Assembly (NCBI GenBank): GCA_009103225.1
Contig: RHPI01003369.1
Span: forward strand, 503,500-567,499
Origin: Chlorokybus atmophyticus
Taxonomy: Eukaryota > Plantae > Mesostigma and Chlorokybus algae
Direction of reading: 5' to 3'
DNA: 64,000 nt
In this document: positions 19,452-33,100 of the stretch, piece by piece
How positions within the stretch are numbered: position 1 is the stretch's first letter
Layout of the letters: the number at the start of each line of letters is the position of its first letter
Notes under the pieces: model-generated
The model's database searches: none
What the model was told of the DNA's origin: nothing
What the model saw: the letters and a program-made list of their open reading frames with translations, nothing else
Translations under genes and position numbers: made by a program

Positions 19452-22400
19452 TCACATGCCTTGAATGGCCTGTTCCAGCTCTGCAATCTTGCGGATGAGC
19501 AAGTTGCGGTCGGCTTTGATTGCGGATATCTGCTTTGCATGCACCTCCTCCCGAGCACTGACCTGCTCCAACAGCTGCTTCATCTGCGAGTAAGTGTAAA
19601 CCTCTTAATTAGGACACATTCTGGCAGCAGGTTGTTCAAACACATCAAGCACATGCGCAGTTTGACGTCATGAATACATGCACAGCTGTGCTTGTGACCA
19701 TAGAATGGCCACCTTTGTGTGCACCAATTCAGCACCAAGCTACAAGCCATGGCCGTTACCTCTTCTAGGTCATCATCGTCACCATGGAGGCTGAGCTTCT
19801 CCGCTATGCTCATTTTGATCTTTTCAACGCTGAAGCGGAAGTTATTCCAAGACATTATCCTGGTCACCTTGTCAAAGCGGCTCTCCTCCTCGGGTTTCTC
19901 CTGTGGTATGGATAAAATGCTTGAGTCTGCATCCTGGCGACCAGGACCAACAAACAAGTGCTGAAACTTGTCATGAGACAACAGTCATCTTACCGTGGTT
20001 GCCAGCAAAGTGTTATAGCCTTGATGTGAGCTGCGCACCACACGGAACTTGGTTCAGACAAAAGGCTAGAAAACGAGTCTGACACAAATTACATAAACGC
20101 ACGATGTGCAACCTGCACTGCACTCGACCGACAGATTGTCAACTTGCACCTGGACTGGATAGTGATGATAAAATGCAGCAGCCCACTCTTGACATTCAGC
20201 AGTGGCACCCAGAAATCCACAGGAGCTCCAGGTGCAATGCTATCAAGTGGGATCTCACACACCCCAAGAGAGTCATCCCTGCAGAATCACCATGAATTGA
20301 GCCTCTTGCACAGGGTTTGCTCACAGCAATGCAGGCAATTTTCACCTGCCAATGTCGTCGTGATCTTTACAGTGAACACGAAGGGAGCTTCCGTCTTCCC
20401 TGAAAGTGATGGTCTCATTCCACACTGGATTCAATGTCTTTGAGCAAATTTTTGTTTTCTTCTTCAACTGCAAGCAGCAGACAGTAGGCTGGATACGTAG
20501 GAGCTGCTGGCCACAAGACATAGAATGAAATTAAGTAAACCGTACCTTGCCGTAGGTAAGCGTGCAGTAGGGGTCAGATGTGTTGCCCCTGTCCATGGCA
20601 ATCAGGTTCTTTCCTTCAATAACTTGAACCTCAACAAGACGAGGCCCTGTTGCAGAATATGAATGTCCGCTACATGCAACTGCGTTGCAAGTGCTCCTTA
20701 CAGCCCAGCTTGCCTCATTGAGAAGCATGCAACTTACCAACGGGGACGGACTCCTGCCGTACCGGGGGTTTTGTCCCTGGTGAGAGCGACAAAGACGACC
20801 TGCCAGAGTTGAACTGTGAGGCATGGCAGATAGTTTCCTGTTCAAAGGTCCAGGAACACTGCAAGTACAGCCAACACGTGTTTAATGTGACGTAGCATAC
20901 CCTTTCATCACGAGTTGAACGTGAATGGATCCTGACTCCACGCCTGTCAGCGGCAGCCACACATCTTTCACTTCACCATCTTGCAGGTTGGCGAGACCCA
21001 TCTCTCCCTAACATTAAACGCTCAGATGCTGGCCAAAGGCAAAACCAAGAAGAAGCCGTATAACACTTACCTCGCCCATGGCTTCATCTCCAAGCCTGTC
21101 TTGATCCATGCACTTGAAGGAAAGCGTCCCTCCACCTCCCATCTCCGCAAACTCAAAGCGCTCGTTCCACTTTGGATTAAGCGTCTTGCTGATGACCTTT
21201 GTGGTACGGCGCTCCTTGCCATATTTAATCTTCAGATAGGGATCCGACTTGCCATTGGTATCACGCGCTACAAGATCTTTGCCCTCGAGGACTATCACAG
21301 AAAGTAACCTGCCAGTGAAAGCCGACCTCGGCGACAACAAGTCGTTGACGCTCATAGGCCGCGTGTCCCCAACACCCGCCCGGTAGACCCACTGAGTCAG
21401 CTTGAAACTCATGTGGATCTGCGGCACGTGAGGTGTGGCAGTTGTCAGTACATGCAGGTGGCAGGACGTGCACTCCACAATCTGTATACCACTATACGTG
21501 TTGTCACTTACCTCGCCGGAACCGCTTTCCAAAGGTAGTGTAACATCGAACTCCTGACCGGGTGTGCAACGCTTGACAACAGATGCTCCGTCCTTATCGC
21601 TGGTCCAGTAGCAAGTGCTGTCGTCATCCATGTACTTGCACTGTAACGCAAACATTTATGCACTGGTCAACATGCAGACCATGAACCTCATGAGCCAGTA
21701 CACAACCTTATCGCACTCTAAGCCAATGCTTTATCAGCACCACCAGGCTGCAGGTAGCATGTGCGGGAAGGCTCACCCAAACATCGCATGTTCCAAGCAG
21801 CTCAATGCGTCCAGAAGCATCTCTGCCGGATACGCGGACATTGACCAGGCCATCATCATCTTTCAGTTCAAAGCCAAACGTCTCGTTCCATGCGGCTTGA
21901 CTGTTTGGTCTCATCTGGTCAGCATGTACTGTCAATTGATAAAGTCACACACCCAAGACATACACTGCAACAATCAACGTTCACTTACCGTTGTTTTCCT
22001 CGTGACGCCATAGCAGGTCATCTCCGCAAACACCTCACTTCCCGGCAGGTGAGGTGCCAGGCCAGTTGCATCCTGCACAGAAGAGTATGCACGTTTGTGC
22101 AGCTGTCTGCAGTATGCTCAAACTCCTGGGGACTTACCTTCACAATCATGTCGAGGGACCCTCCAATGGCTTGCTTGCCCAGGTCCACTAGTTCCAGCCC
22201 GATGCACTTGCGCTTTGGCTCCACCATTTTGCTGGCAATTGTGTCCGCAAGCAGTCGCTCCTGCAACACAATGCTTGAACTAAGGACATCAACCACACAG
22301 CAGACACCAACCGTTGCTTACCATCCATGTTGCAACACCGGGCAAGTCGCTTACAGAGATCTTGGCAATGCCAACTTTTAGGCTAATGGTAGGACGTTCA

Positions 22401-23807
22401 GTGAACGCAAATAGAACACATCTCTCTGATGGTACTGGTTGGATACGCAGCTGCATGCAGGTCCACGTTGTGATTGGTCATACTATCTGACTGCAGCATG
22501 TAATCTGCTATAGTCAGCCAAGCCTGTACCTTGCCAATGATCTGCAACTCTGAGACTATAATGCGTGCCACACGGCCCTTCAGAGGACCTGGGCCCGCCA
22601 GTGTGGCTGCAAAAATTATAGATAGCCCTTCACTTCTGTAGTCAAGGCCGAGGTCTAGTGCTGACTGGTGCAGACAACAAGCATCAACACATGCAGCTTG
22701 TACTTGGGGAAATTCGCTGTACATGAATGAGGGCCGAGGGCACTCACCATGCTTGCAGACTTCGTGCTGGTGTAAGCACGCGGATAGTTCAGCTGGAAAG
22801 GAGCACTCCCCAGAGTAAACGCCTCAACTTGGATAGATTTCTGCAATACGCCAAAGTATCAGACTTTTGTGGCAGTTCAGAAGCTTACGCCATGACGCCA
22901 CTGTGCTTATGCCGAGTCACTTACCAGTGACTTGGGCATCTTGTCGTTGATCCTCATCTGGTCAACAACACCAAACGATCGGTCTTACAAAGCACGCCCA
23001 GCACCAAGTGTGTGCCAATTCAAACCAAGCGTTGAAGATGACGAAGACAACAATGACACTGACAAGGTCAAGCCCTGCTGGCATGCTGACAAAGGAACCA
23101 ACCGTGATCTTAGGTAGCAGCTTGAGGTCCAGTTTCGGTTCTAAGAATGTCGGCCACAGGGAGGAGATCAGCTGGTTCAGCCATTCCACTGTCTCCACTG
23201 GGGTGCTGGGCTGCACAGCAAAGGCTTACAATCGCATCAGTCGACAGCAGCGACAAGCAAACCTCTTTTAAAAGGTATTGCATCACACTCTAGCGTCCAC
23301 AAGTTCACCGTCATCCCACCCATCCTTGCATGCATGCTAAAACTGGACAGAACTGCAAACAAGCAAAAGAATTGAACTTCTCAAGCTAAGAAGAAACGTA
23401 TCTTGGCCCCAAGAGATTGACAGCTTAGTTGGCAGCTAGAGCGCTCTGGTTGTGTGCACTACAACCGGCTTACCAGCTTATTCAGTGCAAGACGTTCCCA
23501 ATGCGCCTGCGCGTCCCTCACAGCCTTTTCCGTTTGGCGCTGGCCATGCTGCAGATGTGAAACACGACGACAAGAAAATCAGCCAGCTGACAATGACCAT
23601 GACAATTCAGACCAGCACAAGACTACATTGCACCCAGCACTGCTCGACCTGGAAAGCTATGGTTAGAGCAAGAAAAAGGGGCAGAAGAGCGGTTAACGGC
23701 GTCAACAGGGCGTCGGCGAGGAAGTTGACAAGGAAGAGCGGTAGGAGGTAGGCCACTGGTGGTACAAGGCGTAACCACTTGTCAACCTTCTCAACAGGGA
23801 ACTTCAT
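19452..23807 (-). CDS. SYT6: Synaptotagmin/extended-synaptotagmin-like protein (TM - SMP - multiple C2 - coiled coil), resembles Arabidopsis SYT6/SYTF; multi-exon
   Basis: N-terminal TM (MKFPVEKVDKWLRLVPPVAYLLPLFL...); SMP start VEWLNQLISSLWP; C2 domains GRLLSVIVLEGKDLVARDTNGKSDPYLKIKYG and VIEGKNLIAMDRGNTSDPYC; C-terminal coil ADRNLLIRKIAELEQAIQGM*. Confidence 0.8.
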
Positions 23808-24925
23808 GCTTACTCCCAACCACCCCTCAAGACTGAGTGCTCCTACTCATCCCGCGCATATACTCAAGCCGCCATGGCGCTGCCACTCCACCTCGACGGC
23901 ATCGCCGCCGCCGCCGCCCCAAACGCTCCACCACTGCACCAACCAAGAAGGCTCAAGCACGCCATGGCCTATTATTGCCTGTTTGTAGAGGACAGCATCT
24001 CTCGGTCAGCAAAACCACCCGTACAAAAGCGCTCATCCTGATATCCCGTTACGAAAGGCTTTGAGAAGAGGATATCCAGTTGCTTGCAGAGAATATCGCA
24101 GCTGCAGGTAACCGGCCTGCGGTGAAGGTTACGTCTTTGAGTCAACCGAGCTTCATGACTTGCAACCCGTGCGACGGGCGTGTTCCGTTAGGCCTACCCG
24201 TAGCGACCGGCATGGTTCGTCACAAGTTGTCGCTCACAACGCCATTACTTTTTGCGGTAGGCCTACAGATTGTAGAATACAACACCTGGCGCGACGCAAC
24301 CGACGACGACGCTGCAGCAGCGCGTTACAGCAGTGTCATGCGTACAGGCTGTACGGTACAGCGCTGCTGCAGCGGCATACTAGCCAAGCGCGGCACATGG
24401 CCTCTCACCAGAAAGCAGGTGTCACATCCTAGCATCGTGTGAACACAGCTCAAGGATCTTCAGCAGCTGCCTCAACCAAATAGCGACACATATGCATAGG
24501 TAGAACATAACATCCCAGAAGAGTTGCTTGAAGGCAAGTTCAAGGGTACCAACTCTGCCAGCGCAAGTGCATGCACATATGTGCAAAGGCAACCCAGTGA
24601 GCACTCACTCTGTAGTGGTTTGGTTGACAAAAATTGTTACCTTATGTACTGCTGCTTTCGGGTCTGAACATGTAATGTTGCATAGAGTGCTTGACGACAC
24701 TGGACAGGGATCATTGTCAAGCCTCCACTCACGCTTGACATGGCCCGCCATGATCCGCACAACTAAAAACAGCATTGCATGTTTCCCACGTTTTGTTCAT
24801 GGGTGAATAACTTGCACTACGTTGACAGCGTGCATTTGCCAAAACTAGCTACCCCTGTAGTTAGGTTTGGGGATGCAATAGTATGAAGTTGTTAAGCGCG
24901 CGCCCATGGACTCTGGTGCTGTTGT

Positions 24926-26251
24926 CTAGATGATGCCTAACCAGTCATCTTTGATAGACCCAATGCAGAACTGCGAAGCACACAGAGTGTGTTTGTTAGC
25001 ATTGCAGTTACAGACCGAGAAACAGACAAAAGAGCAGTGCAGCAATTGTACTCACAATTTCAGTTGCGTCGATGCGCGTGCCGACAACTCGTAATCGCAC
25101 CATGCTGTCCTTCTGCAATCTTTGCTGCAGCACATCAACTTGGGTTAGGAGAAAGCACACGCAATGAGTGGCACTACAACTTCAGGACAGCAGCTACATG
25201 TCAGAAGGGAGAACCAACCGATTCATCTTCAGCAACGTAGCATGGCTCTTCCTCCCCAGAAAACTTCATGTTATCTTGCATGAGCTGCGCAAACATCAAA
25301 GTTGATTGCACTTCCGGTGAGATGCTATGCAAGTGGTTACACAACGCATTTATCGCTGAATTTGACCCTTGCAACCTGTTTGAAAAGCATATCAGCACCA
25401 TTGCAGCAACAAACAAATGCTTACATGGTTTGAGACAAATACTTGAAGCGGCCCTGCTTCAGCAAAGAACCCCATCTTATTCACCTACACAGCACAGTCA
25501 GTCACGCAAGTAGTTCCTTAGCAGAGCAACCAATGAGTTCTCTCAAGAGATCAGGCCAACCTGTGTGACAATGCAGTCGAGGACTTCGCCTTTGAAAGGC
25601 CTGAAGACAATTGCACGGTACTTCATCTTAAACGACGCGTAGCCTGACGAGTCCTTCAGCTCACCCGCGCCAGGGTTAGTGACTTCTGTCACGGCCACCA
25701 CAAACCCTGGCAGATAAACGGCAAATGTTGAGCCAGTGAGTATGCCACTGCGATCAAGACCAACATGCAACACGCAAACAACGAAGCAAGCATGCATACT
25801 TGCATGCATGCAACAAGGAAGCTCAAAAAAGCAACTGCTTGTGTTAAGCTGCAAGCTAACAAGCAGGTTTGCATGCAAACCAGCAGTCAACCGTCTCAGC
25901 CCAGCTGAATTAGGATGGTCTGCAAGCAATGCTACGCAAGTGCAGGCTGCGCCACTCACGCATGCTGTTGTTAGCTGAAGTCAAGGGCAAGGGAATGAGT
26001 AAGTGGTTGTCAATCCAAAAGATTGCTACAATGGACCAGCATAAACCATACAATCTAGCAAGATGTGGACTAGCAATTACCACATTGCCTGACTGACTAG
26101 CTGGCTGAGTAACTGGTATTTTACCCTTTTTGCCGGCGCAGGTGCCCTCGACCTCCGTCACGAGGTTCTGTGTGAGGACGTCTCGCATGCGCGGGCCGAA
26201 GTGCCGCGGGTGCAGCCGCATAGTGCGCTCCAGCTCTAGGTGGAAAAACAT
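24926..26251 (-). CDS. RPB7: RNA polymerase II subunit RPB7; multi-exon
   Basis: MFFHLELERTMRLHPRHFGP...VEGTC / GFVVAVT...YRAIVFRPFKGEVLDCIVTQV / GFFAEAGPLQVFVSNH / ...VRLRVVGTRIDATEI / CIGSIKDDWLGII*. Confidence 0.95.
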
Positions 26252-27280
26252 GCCTCCCTTGCGTGCGTGTATGCTTTTGTCCTTGCCGCTTGTTTTAAAG
26301 ATAAGTGTAGGGAAGGGGAAGTGGTGGGGAGAAGTGTGATGGCTTCAACTAGCACAACACTGTCTTACAGGCTATCTATTGCAAGATCAGGCTTCTACCT
26401 TGTACATTGATGAGTACAACCGCAGGGGCTGCCTTGGCACACAACTGTGCAAGTGCTTGTTCAACGCTTGGGCCATGGCCCTGCTTGCTAACGGCATCAA
26501 CCGCAGCACTCATTCTCACTGAGCGGCTAGCTTGCACAAACGGCAAGCCATGCCAGGACTCATCGGCGGCCGCTGAGATACCGCAATTGTCCACGCCGCA
26601 AAGCCACAAAGCCCGCCGCCCCCGCCCCCGCCCCCGTCGCCGCCGCCGCCGCCGCCACGATCGTCTGCTGCACTGCGCATGCATTTTGGACTCTGTTCCA
26701 GCGGAGTCACTACCTTCGCAGAGCAGACTGACTTGACGGGACCCAACAGGATTGGCTGCCAAGTGTTCCTTAGGGCCTAGTGGTGGCTTGATGGTGGCAG
26801 AGCGCAGTGCACGCAAGCGCATCAATGCGTACTGGTGTACGTGTCATGTCATTTCATTTCTTTTTGTACGCCTGCACCTCCAAGGGGCATTGCACAGATG
26901 TTTCAGTTGACTGAACTCAAAGGTAATTGCCAGCACCAACGTGTGCACGGTGTCGAGGCATTGATTTGTAAGGTGAGTGTAGCTACAGAAGCATAGAGGC
27001 ATGAGATACTAGCATGAAACCAGTCAAAACGAACTCCATGTTTGTGGCTCAGGATTGCTGACTGAATCCTGCATTGCAATTGCATTGTGATGGAAAGTGC
27101 CAGCACTGAAGATAAGACTCGTCATATTCAACCCATGCACAACTCATGCACAGCTCATCATGAAATTGCACGCACAATACACACAGCAAGGGTGCAGCGC
27201 AATCTGTAGTCCATGCAACCTCTTTCTGGATGCAATCAATGCATTATCTGATTGCAGTGCAGACCAGTCAGTTTGGTATA

Positions 27281-29888
27281 TCATTTCAGTAACGATGTCC
27301 GTTCGACAGCTCCTAGGGAGACCAACAGCTCATCGAGCGAGCTCAGAGTTTGCAAGTCTTGCGCAGGGAAATCGGAGTCCGACGGTTTGCGTGAGAAGAA
27401 CGGTAACGCAAACGAGGTGTTTGCTTTCTGCCTGCCCCCAACACTCGCCAGATCGTAATAGCGAGCAAAGGCGGCCTTGAAACTGCGAGGACTGGCTGGG
27501 ATCGGCGCAGTCAGATGGCAAGGTATGATTTGTTTGAATTGCCAGTCTCTGCATATGCTATCGACCCAATCGCAGACCTGAGTGTCATGACACAATCAGT
27601 TTCTGCATTGTCCATCTTAAGGCGATCAATGCTCACTCGCAAGTGCAAGAGCTATATCACAAAGAAGTCGCACCTCGCCAGGAACTTTGTCAAAGACAAG
27701 TGTGCGGACGACAGGAGACACGATCAGTTTATTGCACACGGCCTGGAATGAGCGCTGCGGATCCAGGAGGTCGGAAGGGCCAAAGTACAGGATCTGCAAC
27801 ACCATTCTTTGCCAACCTATGGAGCGAGCGATCAGAGAACACATACGCAAGAATGCAAGGTTGCCAAACCATCTTCTTGCCAACACACCTAATCGTCGAT
27901 TTTGCGGCGTGTCTGTGACTGTCTTTGGACCACCAGTTGTGGTTTTCCCACCACTTAGGATGCGTACCGCCAGACCATCTTTTGCGGCATCAATGAGAGC
28001 ACTGGGTCGGATCACTGTACAGGAAGGCCACATATCAGCTGCAGTTAGCAAAAGCGCTGCCGGCATGAAACATGACTTGTGCAGCAGTATCAAATGTTTA
28101 CCTTCAGGTGCCTGTTCTGGCACCAGCACAACAGCGTCTGTCACAAGCAGCGTCTTGGAACTCTTGTGGAAGAATGCTGTCTCTATGTACGGGCCAATGC
28201 CTGCAACAACAAGATTAATGATTGCACCTTTGCAAACAGATATGGATGCATTCAGTTGTTGAAGTGCAAGAAACAGTGATGGCATATTCCGACGGTTTGA
28301 CACATACAATGCAAGAGCAGGAACTTGCAGAAACAATCTGCATAGAGTTGATGTCCATGATGTGCAACAGTGCTTATGTATATCGCTCACCTACAGCTGG
28401 TGGTCGAAACAGTTTGGTGTCAATCTCGCCCGCCCATGGTGCACCAGCAGCATCTTCCAGTGAGCCAGCACCGAAGATGCCAAAGAACGCTGGTGGCAAG
28501 TTGATAGGCCACGACCATAGCCCTGGGGGTATGTATATCTGTCATGGGTGCAATTGCCTTGCTTAATGATGGGTTTCAGCATTACAGACAAGCTGCATAC
28601 CTCATACACTACAAAGCTAAGGCAAGGCAAACAAGACGAAATGTTGAATACTGCACAACTGCTGGTGCCTGGATATTACACAACCGTACGCACATGCTCG
28701 CTGGCACTCATACACCCGTTAAAGTGCCCCCCNNNNNNNNNNNNNNNNNNNNNNNNNNNNNNNNNNNNNNNNNNNNNNNNNNNNNNNNNNNNNNNNNNNN
28801 NNNNNNNNNNNNNNNNNNNNNNNNNNNNNNNNNNNNNNNNNNNNNNNNNNNNNNNNNNNNNNNNNNNNNNNNNNNNNNNNNNNNNGCATCCTTTTGCATC
28901 CCCCCCCGCCCCCCCACTACCCCAACCAAGACATGCATGCCCATGCGTTGCTGCGGAGGGTGCTTTGCAACCGGTACAGTCTCCAGTTACCCAAAACACC
29001 GCTCACCTTGGCCTTGGGGAACTTCCGGCTGAATGGTGCGACAAAGATCTTGTGCTCGTACGCAAACGTGGGGAGCACAATGTACTCCACAGGTGCATCC
29101 AGCTCCTTCAACAGCTGAATGCACTCAGCTGTTGGCGCAATGGGAGCATGAACCCACAAACCTCCACTCTTCAGCTTGATGACCTGCACCAACACGAGAC
29201 AGGCTGCTGAGACAAGGCTGGCTGGGTAGGCTGGAGGCTTGCATTGCATGTGAAAGGTCTTGGCGGGGCAGTGTGCTCAATGCGCATCCAGGAAGACAAG
29301 ACAAGTGTGAGCTACAGGACGCACCGTCATGCGTGTGTTGGCTGTCACGCTGCTGAACCCCAGGCCCTGCTCTTGCTCAAACGTCCATATCTCACCTCGC
29401 TTGATCTGCGCATTCCCAAAAAAGGCCAAGACTGTCACACGTCTCCTCTTGCACAAGCATGATGATGGTTAAATGTTACACTGCTTGATCTGGCACATGA
29501 GTACTCTACATATACAGTGCACATGCAGTGGTCAAGCATGCAGCCACCTGTCACGCATTACCTCGTAGCGGATGGTGCGCCTGACAGCAAATGGGCCCAG
29601 CGGGAAGGGGAACCCTGTGACATTGAGGTAGAAACGGCTGAGAACACCTCCGCCAGCATTGCTCGAGGAACTTGAGGAAGTAGAAGCCTGGCTGCTGCTC
29701 CCGCTCCTGGTGCTAGCACGGCAATGCAGCGTGCTGTAACCCCCTGCTTGGTGCTGCTGCCTGCCTCCCCTTCTCACCACGCAGCGTCTCCCAGACGCCG
29801 TCGCCAGCTGACCCACTCTCTCGCCGTCGGTGAGCGCAGCAGGCAACCCCCGTGTCGCCGCCGCCGCCAGCGCCATGCTCGCCGCCAT
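27281..29888 (-). CDS. DUF4336-family protein with plastid transit-peptide-like N-terminus; multi-exon, one intron spans an N gap
   Basis: RFYLNVTGFPFPLGPF; VIKLKSGGLWVHAPIAPT; VLPTFAYEHKIF; PYIETAFFHKSSKTLLVTDAVV; WQRMVLQILYFGP; IIPCHL. Confidence 0.88.
28733..28885. other. Assembly gap (153 N) flanked by C-rich sequence
   Basis: Run of N in the sequence. Confidence 0.99.
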
Positions 29889-30154
29889 CTCTCGCCTCAA
29901 ACCGCCAGCTGGCAGGTCTACAATCTGACACCCAACACAACGCATTGACTCATGACTCAACTTGGATAGAAAGCAGCAGTGCTGCAGCACTGTAAAAGTT
30001 GTCCAAGTGTCCAGCCTTTCACCCAGTCAGAATTCATACGCATTTGTTTGTTTCATTTTGTGCAAACGGGTTTGCGTGATCTGGTGCAGTGGACCCCGGT
30101 CGTGGCCGCTCAAACCCTAAACCTTGTAGCTAAAACTAAGCCTGCGCAGCGACG
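29889..30154. promoter_or_regulatory. Short divergent (bidirectional) promoter region with telo-box AAACCCTAA at 30112-30120
   Basis: 266 bp lie between the two divergent ATGs; the telo-box is read directly. Confidence 0.6.
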
Positions 30155-33100
30155 ATGGCGGCGGTGGCGGTCGCCAGGTCGGCCACGGCCTCTGTTGCTG
30201 TACCTGAGGCCCGCATTGGCTTGAACAATGGCGGGGTGGGCCCTGGACGAAAGGCAGCCAGCCCAGGGTTGGGTTCTGCTGTGCGGTGGCAGCAGGCGGC
30301 CAAGGGCAGGGCTAAGCTGGGGATTTATGGGCATGGGCGGCGTAGGGAGGCGGACAAGCAGACCAGCGTTGTGCGTGCTGCTGTGTCTGCTCCCGCCGGC
30401 GCCCAGCAAGGCGAGGCGCAACAGTTTGAGCGTGGGTCGCAATGGGGAGTCATGAAGGTGAGACGAGTGACTGCGTTCTTGCAGTGGCCGGATGATTGCA
30501 TGCAGCGTACATACAGCGTAACGTAAACTAGCATTTGAAATTGCAAGGCATTATTTTTTGAGTTAGTACTAGAGACAGCACGTTTGTGCATGTTCTCACG
30601 TGGCCATTTGTCTGGACTGGACGTGTGTCACTGTCTGTCACGCGTATTGGTAGTTGAATAGCTGGACATGCACATCCCCCTGGTCACTACACAGGCAAAA
30701 ACCAACCATGTGGTCTGTACGCCGTGAAATAAATACTAGAGCAGCACGCGTGTCAGTTTCTTGCGAATGGTGTGCGTGTGTTTAGCTGATTAGCATCAAA
30801 GCACAACACGCATTGTCCAAGTGTTGCAATGCAGAAGTTTCACAGCAAGGCCACATCAGTTTTGAGTGTCTCAGTGTTCTCCATTATGTAATGATCATGT
30901 ACACAGTTTGGCGGTACCTGCATGGCCAACCACGAGCGCATTGCCACCGCAGCCAAACTGATTATGGAAGATTCCTCACCTCAAAAGGTATGCGCGTTGC
31001 TGTTCAGTTGTGACCATCATCGTGTGGTGCATCCAGTCAGTCCGCAGTCGAAATCCCTTAGTAATCGGTGATGTACGCACCTTACAGGCAGTTGTTGTGT
31101 CAGCAATGTCCAAGGTGACTGATGCTCTCATCGACATCATCAGTGCAGCTTCTAACAGAGATGGCAACTACTCAGCCCTTCTGCAGGTGAGCATGACCAG
31201 CTAGCTGTTGTCGTTGTGGGTCGAATTTATTGGATGCTTGGGTACAAAAGTGTTTGTTATGATCGGTCTTATTGGTGTAGTGTTCCTGTAGCCCCCGTGC
31301 GCGCGGGGGTGTGGGGTGGGGTGGGGNGCGGGGGTGTGGGGCGGGGTGGGGTGGGGTGGGGTGGGGTGGGGTGGGGTGGGGGGTGGGGGGGCAGTGCATG
31401 CTGCTACTGGGGAATGCTAAACTTGCATGCTATCCCAGTCAATGGTTATAAATCAGCTCTGCATAATGCAATGTGCTTCAGGCTCTACACGACAGACACA
31501 AGGACACTGCTTCGGCTTTGCTGGGGCCAGGCATCCTCTTGGACGAGTTTCTGGACAAGCTGAGTGCTGATGTGGAGGACCTGCGGTCCATGCTAAAGGC
31601 GATCTATGTTGGTGAGCAGTGGAACAAGTCTTCTTGTTCCTGACAATGACGACTTTGCATATCTTAACAGCACACTTAGCGTGTAGCAAGACATTTGTAG
31701 TGATGCAGTCTTGTCAGTGCTGCAAGTAGTACTGCACGTCCCTGACCATAGCTTGTTTGCAGCACGCAATGCTGCGCAAGCATTCCAAGAGTTTGTTGTT
31801 GGTCATGGCGAGTTGTGGTCTGCGCACCTGCTTTCGCTTGTGCTGCGAAAGGCAGGCCAATCCTGCACATGGATGGATGCGAGAGAAGTGTTGGTTGTCA
31901 GCCCTGCTCCTGCACCTCCAGGCGGTACGCATCAAGAATGCGCTGAGCCACGGCTAATGCTAGTGATTAAACCACATTGTTGAATGTGATGTTGTTCTGC
32001 ATGTGCAGGTGAAAGTGCAGCCAAGGCTCAAAACAACAAGAAGGGAGCTCTTCGGCAACAGGTGGATCCCAACTACGAGATGAGCGATAACAAGCTTGAC
32101 CAGTGGTTTGAGCGTTTATCTGAGCAACTTGATGGTGAGCATCAAATGTTCAGTAATATGTGTCCGCTCGGCTCTTAACTTGATTGATCTTGTTTTTGTG
32201 CAGGCAAGTCTCTTCCTGAGATCATTGTTGTTACTGGTTTTGTTGCATCCACTGCTGACGGTGTGCCGACAACACTCAAGCGCGACGGCAGTGATTTCTC
32301 TGCCTCCATCATGGGTGCTTTGTTTCGAGCCAAGCATGTGACCATCTGGACAGATGTTGATGGAGTGTACTCTGCTGACCCGCGAAAAGGTGGGGCCTCA
32401 TAAATGAATGCTGTCTTGCAATTGCAGCGTTACTGCTGCTGCTGACTAGATAAGACATATTTGTGTAACTGCATGTATGAGTACTTTGCGAGCATGCTAC
32501 AGCCTGAAAAGGCTTGTACCAAACATGTCTTGGGGCTGGGTGAGTCTTTGGAAGAACGAGCGCGCAGTGCATTGACTGTGTGCTCGACAGTTTCGGAAGC
32601 AGTGGTGCTTTCTTCATTGACATACCAAGAAGCATGGGAGATGTCCTACTTTGGGGCAAACGTGCTTCACCCCCGTACAACTCTTCCCGTCATTAAGTAT
32701 GGCATACCCATCACCATTCGCAACTTCTTCAACCCATCAGCGCCTGGTACACTTATTCAGGTAGCTGGAAGACGAAGCCTTGTGGGGTGCCTGCCTGTCT
32801 AAACCACTTGCTGTCGCATGAAGCATGACCAAGCATGCTGCACACAGGACTCTCCCATGGTGCGTGCTGACCGAGTCAACCAGCTGGTCAAGGGCTTTGC
32901 CACCATTGACAACGTGACTCTTCTGAATGTGGAAGGGTGAGGCTTGTGTCCGTCACTACTTTGCTCGGTGTTGTGTTGAGCTTGGTGGCCATGCGTTAAC
33001 ACCTATCACCGCCACAGAACGGGAATGGTTGGCGTGCCTGGCATTGCTAGCCAGATATTCACTGCGTGCCGTGATGTTGGTGCCAATGTCATCATGATTT

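Noticed and set aside
26376-26825. 149-aa minus ORF upstream of RPB7
   Set aside because: Low-complexity GC-rich promoter/UTR-like sequence with no domain and no convincing splice pattern.
28544-29210. ORFs spanning the N gap
   Set aside because: Open only because N codons hide stops; the region is an intron plus an antisense exon of DUF4336.
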